From: Azolla caroliniana
Lineage: Eukaryota; Plantae; Polypodiophyta
DNA length: 64,000 bases
Reading direction: 5' to 3'
Assembly (NCBI GenBank): GCA_043228905.1
Contig: JBHGNT010000020.1
Span: 12,772,001-12,836,000 of the forward strand
A model generated the notes under the pieces. That model searched no databases, was not told where the DNA came from, and saw nothing but the letters and a program-made list of their open reading frames with translations. Below are positions 54,501 through 64,000 of the stretch, one piece after another; position 1 is the stretch's first letter; every line of letters begins with the position of its first letter. Both the position numbers and the translations under genes were made by a program.

Positions 54501-55792
54501 GATTATATATGGACTTCTCTTTCAGTGGGTTGGAGATATCTAGAAGATTGCATTGATACAAGTGAAAAAGAATATGTCTTTCAACCAACAATACTGGCTG
54601 TACATCAAAATGGAATGCATTTTTGTATTTGCCAGCTATGCCACCAACCATATAAATATGTCAATTATATGGTCTTCATATAGTCATGAATCTTGAATCA
54701 CAAGATTATATATGGACTTCTCTTTCAGTGGGTTGGAGATATCTAGAAGATTGCATTGATACAAGTGAAAAAGAATATGTCTTTCAACCAACAATACTGG
54801 CTGTACATCAAAATGGAATGCATTTTTGTATTTGCCAGCTATGCCACCAACCATATAAATATGTCAATTATATGGTCTTCATATAGTCAACATCCAGTTC
54901 AGTTTGTGAACTGATAATTCCTAAATGTGCAAAAAGGACATGGCTTAAGCATGAATTATTGACATTCAAAACAGCAATAATTGGCAGTTGTTTACATTCT
55001 TTTTTGCCAAAAATGGATATTAAAATTTACATTAGCTTATTTATTGTACTTAGAATACTTTCATTTCCAGGATTAATATTCTTCATTTTGCCATAGCTGA
55101 TACTGATGAAGATGGTAATGTTTCTAGACCGAAACATTGCAACTTAGAATGCTTAATTTTCTAGTAGCTCTAAAACTACTAATTTTCTTTACTGCTTTAG
55201 CTAATATAAATAAAAACATAACATAATATTACGTGAGCAGCACACAATTGTAGATTGAAATTCTTATACTTTCTCAACCTTTGTTTGAAATTCTTATAGT
55301 TTCTTAATCTTTGTTCGAAATTCTTATAGTTTCTCAATCTTTGTTCAAAATTCTTATAGTTTCTCGATCATTGTCATCTTTGTTACACCATATATCACCT
55401 TGCAAACAACATCTCGAATTGGTTTCCAAAAAGTTGATTTCTTATCTTTTTTCTCATGGTTTCAAAAAAGTCGATTCCTGCTACACCATGAGTCGTGACA
55501 TTATCATAATCCACAAGCTTGAGGCTTCATTATAATAATTAAGCTCGAGGCACGCATTCTAGCCATCTCAACTATGGCTCAATCGACTCTCTTTCTCTCC
55601 CTCAGTTCATGTTTCCTAGACTTTCTAGTACATTAAAACGGCACCGATAACAGCAAAGACATCATCGCGGAGACTTACCGGAAGGTGAAACTGGTTTCTG
55701 ATCAGAGAACAGGGGGTGCAGGAGGAAGGAACGAAGCCACAGAAGAGCATCTGCGAAGGAGCATTTGCGGAGGGACGAAGCACAGACACCAT
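33512..55792 (-). CDS. DEG2: Deg/HtrA serine protease, DEG2-like (trypsin domain plus PDZ domains), probable plastid transit peptide, 21 exons, about 587 aa
   Basis: Exons (minus): 55792-55679, 53637-53413, 53261-53214, 51209-51136, 50946-50883 (TNAH), 50797-50753, 50677-50570 (CDLALL), 46045-45968, 45883-45817 (IDAAINP), 38507-38449 (GNSGG), 38382-38289, 38141-38059, 36910-36854, 36768-36665, 36059-35972, 35888-35803, 35034-35001, 34443-34372, 34306-34256, 34163-34103, 33663-33512. Total 1764 nt, in frame, catalytic H-D-S intact. Orthology to DEG2 rather than DEG9 is inferred from motifs and the intron-rich structure. Confidence 0.88.
35396..35580 (+). mobile_element. LINE 3'-end fragment (CTTT-tailed family), copy B, in DEG intron 16
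   Basis: Same 3' sequence as copies A, C and D, ending in (CTTT)n. Confidence 0.7.
35632..35768. repeat. Tandem duplication of about 70 bp
   Basis: CAAGAAATACACATACAAAC...GATGTTTGTAATTATTTCA occurs twice. Confidence 0.85.
38850..40802 (-). mobile_element. Degenerate gag-like retroelement remnant (probably gypsy) in DEG intron 9
   Basis: Broken minus-strand ORFs (40451-40666, 39978-40160), a PGHWSKE zinc-knuckle-like remnant near 39410-39430, and short internal repeats at about 39690-39900. Boundaries approximate. Confidence 0.4.
40803..43880 (+). mobile_element. Ty1/copia retrotransposon, 3'-truncated (5' LTR, PBS, gag, protease, integrase; no RT)
   Basis: LTR TGTTGAGAATC...CTTTACA at 40803-41181 with TATA near 41013. 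PBS TGGTATCAGAGC (tRNA-iMet) at 41182-41193. Gag [14 protein letters not shown], protease [12 protein letters not shown], integrase LWHKRIGH / VHSDVWGP / FIDDFSR / [11 protein letters not shown] / KLDPKSEKC. Several frameshifts and stops. Confidence 0.93.
43880..45230. mobile_element. Mosaic of LTR-like sequence in DEG intron 9
   Basis: Minus-strand TATA context CTATAAAAGGAGGGG near 44650-44663, a CpG-rich segment, and a PPT/LTR-start-like GGGGGCA..TAAGCCCCC near 45186. Termini not resolved. Confidence 0.4.
44752..44820 (-). other. tRNA-like Pol III A/B-box cassette (not a functional tRNA)
   Basis: Minus strand: A-box-like TGCCCTAGTGG (1 mismatch) and T-arm ACAAAG-TTCGATT-CTTTGT. No convincing acceptor stem. 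Confidence 0.5.
46388..46723 (+). mobile_element. 5'-truncated LINE 3' end (CTTT-tailed family), copy C, with 8-bp TSD
   Basis: TSD AAATATGT at 46380-46387 and 46724-46731. Encodes an ORF2-like end VEHGILS..C...[26 protein letters not shown]. Confidence 0.78.
48190..49350 (-). mobile_element. Ty1/copia reverse-transcriptase fragment in DEG intron 7
   Basis: ORF 48877-49311: WKEAM...WELV...GTKWVWK...KLKAR...[11 protein letters not shown]. Downstream [17 protein letters not shown] (48421-48654). Confidence 0.88.
49700..50135 (+). mobile_element. LINE 3'-end fragment (CTTT-tailed family), copy D
   Basis: Aligns with copy C through CATTCT(G/T)GATCGACCTATG...GATCTTTC...GGCCATTTTGG...GACGTTAA(T/C)ATATCTTTC. 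Confidence 0.72.
51440..51890 (+). mobile_element. Ty3/gypsy pol fragment (pre-RT region)
   Basis: About 51700-51885 translates EVNLVEE...[19 protein letters not shown]...HTI, resembling the gypsy KDVFAWS..DMKG motif. Confidence 0.6.
52020..53066. mobile_element. Probable LTR remnant in DEG intron 3
   Basis: G-rich tract at 52021, LTR-like terminus GAGGGTGTCACA at about 53055-53066, minus-strand TATA (CTATAAAT) near 52555. No partner LTR seen. Confidence 0.3.
54276..54889. repeat. Tandem triplication (203-215 bp) in DEG intron 1
   Basis: Units start at 54276, 54491 and 54694. Copies 2 and 3 look identical; copy 1 has a 12-nt insertion. Confidence 0.95.
55256..55348. repeat. Tandem repeat of about 30 bp (3-4 copies)
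   Basis: TTTGTTCGAAATTCTTATAGTTTCTCAATC-like units. Confidence 0.85.
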
Positions 55793-55951
55793 TTGCTAGC
55801 TCTCGCCTCTCCTCTCCTCTCCTCTCCTCTCCTCTCCTCTCCTCTCCTCTCCTCTCTCCTTCGGAGGTAGTCCAAATACCACTCATTCATTCTTCACATT
55901 GATAATCGTCTCTCTCTCTCTCTCTCTCTCCATTGCATCAGAACCTTTCGT

Positions 55952-56060
55952 CTTGTCCGGTTTCACACTTGATCGACCCCACCCCAACTTGTCCGGTGTC
56001 ACACTCATGGACCTGACCCTGACTTTTCCGGTTTCACACTTGACCGACCCGACTCCTACT
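55952..56060. repeat. Three copies of about 37 bp just upstream of the DEG gene
   Basis: TCCGGT(T/G)TCACACT...GACC repeated three times. Confidence 0.75.
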
Positions 56061-56149
56061 CTTCCGCAGGTTATTGATCGAATTCTTCGGTTCGAGCCCC
56101 ACGCTCGTCGAGAACATTATATTTTACACTCACAAGGCCCGGTTTGATC

Positions 56150-56562
56150 TAACAATCGGCGTTTACAAATGTTGAAACTTTAACCGAACCGCGAAACTGT
56201 TAAACCGAACCATTAAACATTTTTCAAACTATTAAACCATTAAACCGTAAAAACCGCGGTTTCGTGGTTCGGTTTCGGTTTTCAACATAGGTCTATTTTT
56301 TATTTTTTATAATATTTCATTTTTTGAAATTTTTGAAATTTTTAAGATGTTCCTAAAAGGTGAGAATAAGGTCTAAAAATGCAAAGATTGTTTAAAAACA
56401 ATTTTTTAAAATTTGTTTTAAAATTTTAAAAATTTTAAAAACAATAATAATAAACCGTTAAACCATGGTTTTTGACTGTTGAAATCGAACCGAACCGAAC
56501 CATTGAAACCGTTAAATCGTGGTTTCGCAGTTCGGTTCGGTTCAAACCATTGTCGATTGTTA
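56150..56562. mobile_element. Non-autonomous hAT-type MITE (AACCG-rich)
   Basis: TIR TAACAATCG / CGATTGTTA. 8-bp TSD GTTTGATC (56142-56149) / GTTCGATC (56563-56570), one C/T difference. Confidence 0.85.
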
Positions 56563-58688
56563 GTTCGATCCCCACAAACAATCACGACCTTCTCATTTTT
56601 TGCGTCGTAATTGTCAGCCTAAGCCTCGTTCGTTGGGTTATAGCTGACCAAAAACCCTTTACTGTCATGCATTGATTGTGTCGCCCGAGTTGGTTCCCCT
56701 TGAGCTCCTCGATTTCTCCTGTCATGCCACCTGTTTGCCTCACCTTAACAACCATGACCCACAATACATAATGCAATCAATGCATTGCATTTTGCAAATT
56801 CTTGAATGCTAGTTCGACTATGCTCTTTGCATGTTCTGCTTCCTATTTTGCAATGTCCAAGTTCAACGGACTTTTCCTTTGAATCGGAAAGAAAAGTATC
56901 CATTGTCTGTTTTTATGAACAAATTATCAAAATGTAGTGAATAAAAGAACATGAAATACTCATCAAATAATGAATAATTACATGGATGATATGTACTTGC
57001 CATGAAATGGGTGCAATGGAATCGAGTAAACTTAACAAGGGTTCCTTTATATGGTGTGGTAATTGTCAAATTCATGGATCAATAGAAAGTGTTCTAGATG
57101 TGACATCCACTTTCATGCATATCCATGTAGGAAAATTTTGGATAATTCTAGATGGAATGGCCACTTTCCACATGGGATAGTTGAGCAAGATAAATGACCA
57201 CCACATACAATTGGTATTTTATGGTCATCATGAATATCGAGGATTTTAGGACATTAGCCAACCATAAATTGTCAAAGTAAAAATGAAAATGTTTATTTTA
57301 ATCCATTATTCTCATTATGTATACTCTAATCCTATTGTTTACGAGAGTATAATTTTAAATACTTGAATGTATCTAGTGGACCTTGTCTCTTAGATTTTCG
57401 TGAGTATGAACTATTTAAAAACATTTAACCAATCAAAATTACATATAAAGTAGAACTTTCTTGTTAATGCAGTTGTAGTTTTATATCATACTTGTGAAGC
57501 ATATGTCCTTTTTTTAAGAAAAATATACTATATTAGTATAGAGGTAATTATACCCGTTTTTAAACAAATAACCACTCCACCTTGTCAAAAAACCTCCTAT
57601 AAAATATATACATTTGTCCCATATGGCATGAAAGTCAAAGCGTTTTAATTTTGCCTCTTGAGTGTCACCCTTTATGTTATCCAAAGAACTTATTAGTTTA
57701 CACACAATTTTTGTCCAAATCCTTGTGATTGTTTGAGGTGGCATTTCCATCACATTTCAGGATATCTTCAAGCCCTTTCTTCACCTTCCAAATATGTATC
57801 AGTTCCAACAAACAACAAATGATTACAATATAACTTGTAGCATTTCCAATTGATTCTTCTTTTCCAAAGCCATCTACTCTCCATAATTGCTTGATCACTA
57901 TTATCGGTCATTTTGGTGCAACTTGCAAAAACAAATTCTTGTTTACTCATTCTCCTACTTGTGTCTATTTTGAAATAAAAGCTCAATATTGCTTAATTCC
58001 CGTTTCCCATTGTGCTTAACATTTGGTCCATTCACACGATGGATCCCTTTCCTAGAAATGTGACAATAATGTTGAAGCACAGTGCATATTGATCATTTTC
58101 TATCTATAACTTCCTTTTTATCCATTTGCCCAAGAGTGTACATTATCTTCCGCATTATTGATTCGCAATAAAGCTTGCCTCCATATATGCATCACATGTT
58201 TAGTAACCAAGTTCTCTATAAACAATTACAGTGGAACCCTCATCCTCCCCTACTACTATAGTTTATTTCGATCATTAACTTGGAACATAATTGGGGCATT
58301 ATCGAAAAAAATCATTCTTGGATAAATGACAACATTCCCATCTAACTTAACAACAAAATCATCACCATAAATCTTGTCAATTGTTGACATATTTACCTAG
58401 TTGTTTAAACTTCTGTCAAACCTAGAAAATGCAAAGGAATTATGCATTTTTCCAAAAGATGAGAAGTGCTAAAGAGTTATGCAATGTCCCAAAAGATGAC
58501 AAATGTCAAGCATCCAACAACCCTTTTTTTTCTTTGAAAGCTACTCCTTGGTATTATAAAAACACAAGAAAGAGGTACAAAAGTTGGAGAAACAAAGACA
58601 ACATCCAAATCCCATAGACCCATATGATGGTCGATGTAATGTTTATAAATGTAAAGAAAAGAGAGTGATTATGTGCAGCGGAAGAGAT

Positions 58689-58747
<59 letters not shown>

Positions 58748-60363
58748 CGACGTATATAGAAAACAAACAAAGACTATATTATCAAAATCGACATTACAAG
58801 AATGACCAACAATACAAATAAGGTGGGGAGGTGCTTATATAGTCACCTTCTCTCTATATTCTCTTTCTACAACAACCTCTTAACTAAAGGGAGGTGGAGA
58901 CTTAACTACACTATGTTGAGAAACAACACACTGAAGATGTGTAATAGAACTATAAGATTCTATGACACACTAGTTACTAAAGTAGGTGGTGGGGTGTTCA
59001 CACACTAGGGTTTGTTCCCATATTAGGGAAGTTGAGTTTGATTCTCAACATGCCCCTTCAAACGCAACTTCCGGACGCCGAAAAGTTGGTTTGGTTTTGT
59101 CTTCGATTTGGTCAAATCGACTTCAGCTTTTTGTTTTCGAATTATTTCGGCTTGGCTGAAACCGGCTTCCGTCTGTCGGCTGCTTTTTGCTGCTCCATGA
59201 TATGGTGCCGCTGCCAACAAGTGTGAATACAAACCCGGGCATCGATCATCTGTCTGCTTTATAACCAGCCCAATCGGCATTGGTATATCCTTCGAGTTGA
59301 ATCAAAGTGCTCGATTTGTAAAGAATGCCGAAATCCATCGTCCCACTCACATTGCGTAACACAGTCCTGATGAATGTTTCGAGGTGCCTGCATAAACTAG
59401 CTAACGAGGCCGACGGGGTAACTGAGGTTGGGTTGAGTAATGTTGAGGTAAATTAAACTGTCGACCAGTTGACAGTACTGAGTTGGCTCACACTCTTCGG
59501 TTCCTGAGTCAGCATCGAGCTTAAGGTTACGATCGAGAGGGGTAGCCACGGGCTTACACTTTGTCATCCCAAATTTGAATAGAAGATTGAGAATGCAATG
59601 TCTTTGGGAGATTAGGATGTCGTTGCGAGTCAGAATTGCTTCTATTCCTAGAAAGAAATGGAGCTCGTTCATTTCGAATCGGTCGGAGAGTAGTTGTTTA
59701 GTATTTTCGATGTCCTCGAGATGCTCCCCTCCAATGATCAAGTCGTCTACATAAATTATAATGATCAACTGTCCTCTGGAATCATTCCGGACGGACAGGG
59801 AATTATCGATCAATTTGGTGAAGATACTGTGTTATCTTCGAGTGCCATGCTCTCGATGCTTGCTTGAGACCGTAGAGAGGCATTTTGAGTCGGCAGATAG
59901 CAGTCGGATGCGTACTCGACTCAAAACCAGGTGGTTGCACCATGTACACTTCCTCGTCTAATTCGCCTTGGAGAAACCTATTCTTTACATCCATTTGGTG
60001 GAGGTGCCACCCTTTTGCTATTGCAAGCACGATCACGATTCAAATGGTAGTCATCACTGGGGCAAAGGTATCTTCGTAATCGATCCTGTGTGCTTTTGCC
60101 ACGAATTGAGCCTTAAATCAATTGATGGTGCCGTTGGCATTATGCTTCACCTTGAATATCCATCGACAACCAATCGCCTTTTGGTGGGGTGAAGAAGGGA
60201 CGAGACCCCAGGTCTCGTTTTTGGAGAGCGCTTGCATCTCCACATTCATCGCTTCGACCCATCACGGGTCCTTCACGGCTTCGGAAAACATTTCCGGCTC
60301 TCGAACTGTTACCACTTTCATCATAAAGGCATAATGATAGTGACGGGAACTCAACGCTCCTTA

Positions 60364-61156
60364 TGTCCAACGCTCGGCCACAACCGAGATTCTTCTCATA
60401 CACAGAAAACGGGAAACAAATGCACGACACAAAGGAGAGAAAAATACATAGGAGGTTTACGTGGAAAACCCCAAACTAGGGGAAAAACCACGACAGCCCA
60501 CAGGCTGCAAACTGTCACTATGTAAGAATGTACAAACAATGAGTTCACGGAGGCAACGACCTCGTGCTAACGATCTTCGCCACAGGCGGCGGTTACAACA
60601 GAGGCAACGACCTCGTTCTCTCTCTCTCTCTCTCTCTGTACAGTTACACACACTGATCTCGTGCAAAACAGACAATGACAACACTAACAAAAAGTTTGCC
60701 CTAAGTCATATTTATACTAATATGACTTTTCGGCTATTTACAAATATAGCCTCGATGGACTCTCAGAAACATATTTAGGAATATGTCTCTTCATCCGGTT
60801 CATACCGGGTCTGCGCCATCCGGCTCTCCGTAGCCGGGTACTCCTCATCCGGTTCATACCGGGTCTGCACCATCCGGCTCTCCGTAGCCGGGTACTCCTC
60901 ATCCGGTCTTCACCGGGTCTGTATCATCCGGCTCTCCGTAGCCGGGTACTCCTCATCCGGTTCATACCGGGTCTGCACCATCCGGCTCTCCGTAGCCGGG
61001 TACTCCTCATCTGGTCTTCACCGGGTCTGTATCATCCGGCTCTCCGTAGCCGGGTACTCCTCATCCGGTTTCGGCCGAGGCCTATCGGCCTCGGCCGAGT
61101 TTGTTCATCGGCACTATTCTTCTCCCTTCCCATCCGGAGGGACTTGTCTCCCAACA
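60364..61156 (-). mobile_element. Solo-LTR-like insertion of a different family inside the copia pol
   Basis: TG...CA termini (TGTTGGGAG...TTGGACA on minus), TATA near 60711 and a GGGGTTTTCCACG motif. It interrupts the copia GYND...YHYAFM segment. No TSD found. Confidence 0.65.
60791..61060. repeat. Five 54-bp tandem units with CCGG dyads
   Basis: Units start at 60791, 60845, 60899, 60953 and 61007, variant order A-A-B-A-B. Confidence 0.95.
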
Positions 61157-62178
61157 GATAGGGTCTGTCGTCATTGTAGCCAAATCAGCTTACCACATTC
61201 TTTTCTCAGGTGGAACGACGCAGTGATTCATTGGTCTTAGTGTGCACTTTCTCGGCTCCTGGTGCGACCGAAAAATCTAAACCACTAAACTCATTGTCGA
61301 CTAAGTGTTCCAATTCGATTCCTTCCGAGTCATTGTACTCATGCATTTTGGCCTTCCCTTTGTCCATCTTCAGACTCGGTTGCGACGTGCTTTGGTCACT
61401 CGAGGGCTCCTTTGGTCCACTAAACCTGGTTGAGACTGGAATCTCTTCGAATGTGAGCCTTAGTCGGTTGTCCTCCTCCGAGTCTATATCAAAATTGGTT
61501 TTGATTGGATGATCGGATGGAGCCGAGTCGACCGAATACCAAGATGTCGATTCATCGAATACGACATCCGTACTCACTCATATCTTTTTGGTGGATGGGT
61601 TGAAGCACTTGTACCCTTTCTGTTCGAGCAAGTACCCCACGAGGATACACTTATCCAATTTTGGGTCAAGATTTTGCGGCTTTCCATCGGGAATGTGTAC
61701 GAATGTGATCAAGCCGAATATCCGAACATGGGACAAGTTCGGCTTCTTTCCGTAGAACTTTTCGATTTCGTCCACTAAACCTAGTTGAGATTGGAATCTC
61801 TTCGGATGTGAGCCTTAGTCGGTTGTCCTCCTCCGAGTCTATATCGAAATTGGTTTCGATTGGATGATCGAATGGAGCCGAGTCGACCGAATACCAGGAT
61901 GTCAATTTGTCGAATACGACATCCTTACTCACTCGTATATTTTTGGTGGATGGGTTGAAGCACTTGTACCCTTTCTGTTCGAGCAAGTACCCCATGAGGA
62001 TACACATCTCCAATTTCGGATCAAGCTTTTGTTGCTTTCCATTGGGAATGTGTATGAATGTGATCAAGCCAAATATCCGAACGTGGGACAAGTTCAACTT
62101 CTTTCCATAGAACTTTTCATGGGGGGTGAGATCCTGCACTCTGAATGTTGTGCACTGGTTCATTAGGTAGACAACCGT

Positions 62179-64000
62179 TGTCATGAAGATCCGTCACTAC
62201 GCGCGGATCGTGAGGCGGAACCACCGGGGTTCTGGACCAGAAGGATTTAGAGTCGATACAAGCTTTGGCGAGAAAGTACTTAAGATAGATTGGGAAAGAG
62301 AGAAGTTGAGATTAAACGATTGAGAAAGATCGATTGAACTTTTTTTATCTTTGGATTTAAGAAACAAGTTACACCATCAATTTGATAACGAATTCCTTCT
62401 TCTTAATTTCATAATAAAAAAAACCGTGTTTTTTCTCCTCCCCCTTTCCTCTTTTATAGATGCTCTCATGCATATGATGCATGTGAGGGTACAAGACATG
62501 CATAAATTGTATGTTTGCCATTTGGCGCTTAAGTATTACATGTGGTGTATGATAACCATGTCACTCATTTTAGCTCTCATGTATGAGAATTTACATGTAA
62601 AAGTACAATGATAGAAATATAATTTCAACTAAATAGCATGGCTTAATGGTAAGCCAATTGACTCCTAACTTGGAGGTGCAAGGTTTGAATCCTTACTTGC
62701 CCTCCTTGTATATGTAAATATGTATATATATTTATTTATCTAGTCGCCGGATACCGGCTCCATCGCCGGTCCGGTTTTGGTTGGCCAAAACCCTTTACGA
62801 GTAGCTAGCCCACCTCCACTCTTAGTTCTAGTTACCTTGAACTCTCTATGCTCCACACATAGACACAAAGATAATATTTTTTGCTCCACCTTATATATGA
62901 TGAGAGCTGTATTTGTCGTGCCTATGTGGGATATCTCACAATTTTCTCTTTTCCTTTCACAAACTTTATACCCTCATATCTTGACATTTAGTTGTCCGTT
63001 TCTCGTGTAATAAAGTGCATTCAAAACCTCCATCATTTTGTACTTAGATATTAAATCTATTTAAAATGTTATCTTCACAATTATTGTACTATGTGATTCA
63101 TACTCGATTTCGTACGTTTTATGGGATTTTCACACTATTGCCGAAAATCTTCACGACATCCCACCCCCACCAAACCGCACGTCCTCCGGTACGTGCCAAG
63201 AAGAGAAGAAGTGAGATTTCGGCTACGATGATCAATTAGATTCCTCCATGTCTTCATTTTCATCCGGTCTATTATGTTCATCGTCGAGGTAATCGAGGTC
63301 AGGATCCTTGTCTTGTCTTTTCTTGAAAAGCTTTACTCTTTTTCCCGCAATGGGTACAGCCAACCTTGATCCATCTAGTTCCGCAAGGTAGTATGTGGCA
63401 TTATCGTTGGCACTTGTCACCACATACGGCCCGAACCATCTTCTTGCGAACTTCCTTGTTGTACTGTGTTGATTGTCAAGGGTGCTGTCGTAAACCAAAA
63501 CCCAATCCCCTTCTTCAATCTTCTTGGGACGAAGTCGATGCGTGTTGTCGAACCGAACTTTGTTCTTTACTCGGGCTGCCTTCATCATCTTTCGCGCTTT
63601 TTCTAAATCTTCAGGTCTTCTTTCAAGTTGCCTTATCCGCGCCGCTAATAACTCTTCTCGGCTCATCTCGTTCTCCCACGGTATCGCTACCCATGAGGCG
63701 ATCGTCCTTTCGATGGGCATAATCGACTTTTGTCCATACATAAGCTCCGTCGGCATATACCCTGTCACCGAGCTATGTGTCGTTCTATCGGCCCACAAGG
63801 CATAGGGTAATAGTCGTGGCCAATTCCCGACTCGACCGTTGCATGCCCGTACGATGGCTTTAACGATAGGTCCATGCCCTCGCTCGATCTTCCCATTTAC
63901 TTCCAGATTGTAGGCAGTCGTGAGAGAGAGCTTCACGCCTAGTCTTTCGAAGAGCTCCGTCGCTTCGTGCGCGTCCAACTCCCCTCGGTCGGCCACTATC
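62179..64000 (-). mobile_element. Ty3/gypsy retrotransposon 3' end (integrase, PPT, 980-bp 3' LTR) inserted into the copia integrase
   Basis: ORF 63232-63996 has integrase motifs DRGE, NGKIER, WPRLLPYALWADRTT and WFGPY (GPY/F). G-rich PPT at about 63159-63177. LTR 62179-63158 has inverted termini TGTCATGAAGA / TCTTCACGACA. Runs off the window. Confidence 0.93.
62635..62700 (+). other. tRNA-like Pol III A/B-box cassette inside the gypsy LTR
   Basis: A box TGGCTTAATGG at 62639-62649 within the GGCTT/AAGCC stem. B-box-like GGTTTGAATCC at 62682-62692 within the AAGG/CCTT stem. Confidence 0.6.

Larger units (their letters stand above)
58650..62178 (-). mobile_element. Ty1/copia retrotransposon 3' half (integrase C-terminus, RT, 3' LTR), degenerate, with nested insertions
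   Basis: 3' LTR 58650-59050 (TGTTGAGAATC...CTTTACA on minus, same family as the 40803 LTR) and PPT at about 59051-59060. RT motifs QMDVKN, LYGLKQASRAW, IYVDDLII. Integrase VYLMNQCTT / KLDPK / GYKCFNP. Confidence 0.92.

Noticed and set aside
54193-54886. Cys-rich ORFs (CSICALC...[10 protein letters not shown]) as a RING-like protein
   Set aside because: Ligand spacing does not fit a RING domain, they lie antisense in an intron, and the repetition is explained by the DNA triplication.
56600-58450. Possible CACTA-like or other transposase remnant on minus
   Set aside because: Fragmented ORFs without a recognisable catalytic motif.
60791-61060. CRISPR-like look of the palindromic repeats
   Set aside because: The intervening sequences are repeated rather than unique spacers, there are no cas genes, and the context is a eukaryotic LTR.
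62635-62700. Functional tRNA genes here or at 44752-44820
   Set aside because: No proper 7-bp acceptor stem or canonical anticodon arm. Reported only as tRNA-like.

Overview
Eukaryotic nuclear DNA from a land plant (AT-rich, GT-AG introns, TE-rich; a large-genome non-seed plant such as a fern is plausible, but this is inference). Four spliced genes can be rebuilt by hand with consistent exon phases: a ZSWIM7/SWS1-type SWIM zinc-finger gene (+, 5780-8322), phosphomevalonate kinase (-, 10026-18406), a DUF593/zein-binding myosin-receptor (MyoB-like) gene (-, 25663-28341) and a 21-exon DEG2-like Deg/HtrA protease (-, 33512-55792). The rest is mostly mobile DNA: an RTE/RTEX-like LINE, intronic LINE 3' ends, two hAT-type MITEs with 8-bp TSDs, two related copia elements, gypsy fragments and LTRs, and several tandem arrays. 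I see no evidence of a wholly new multi-gene system. The best leads are tRNA-like (Pol III A/B-box) cassettes upstream of the TATA box in two unrelated LTR-like sequences, a triplicated final splice acceptor in the SWIM gene, and a 28-bp array that starts in the stop-codon region of the MyoB-like gene and fills its probable 3' UTR.
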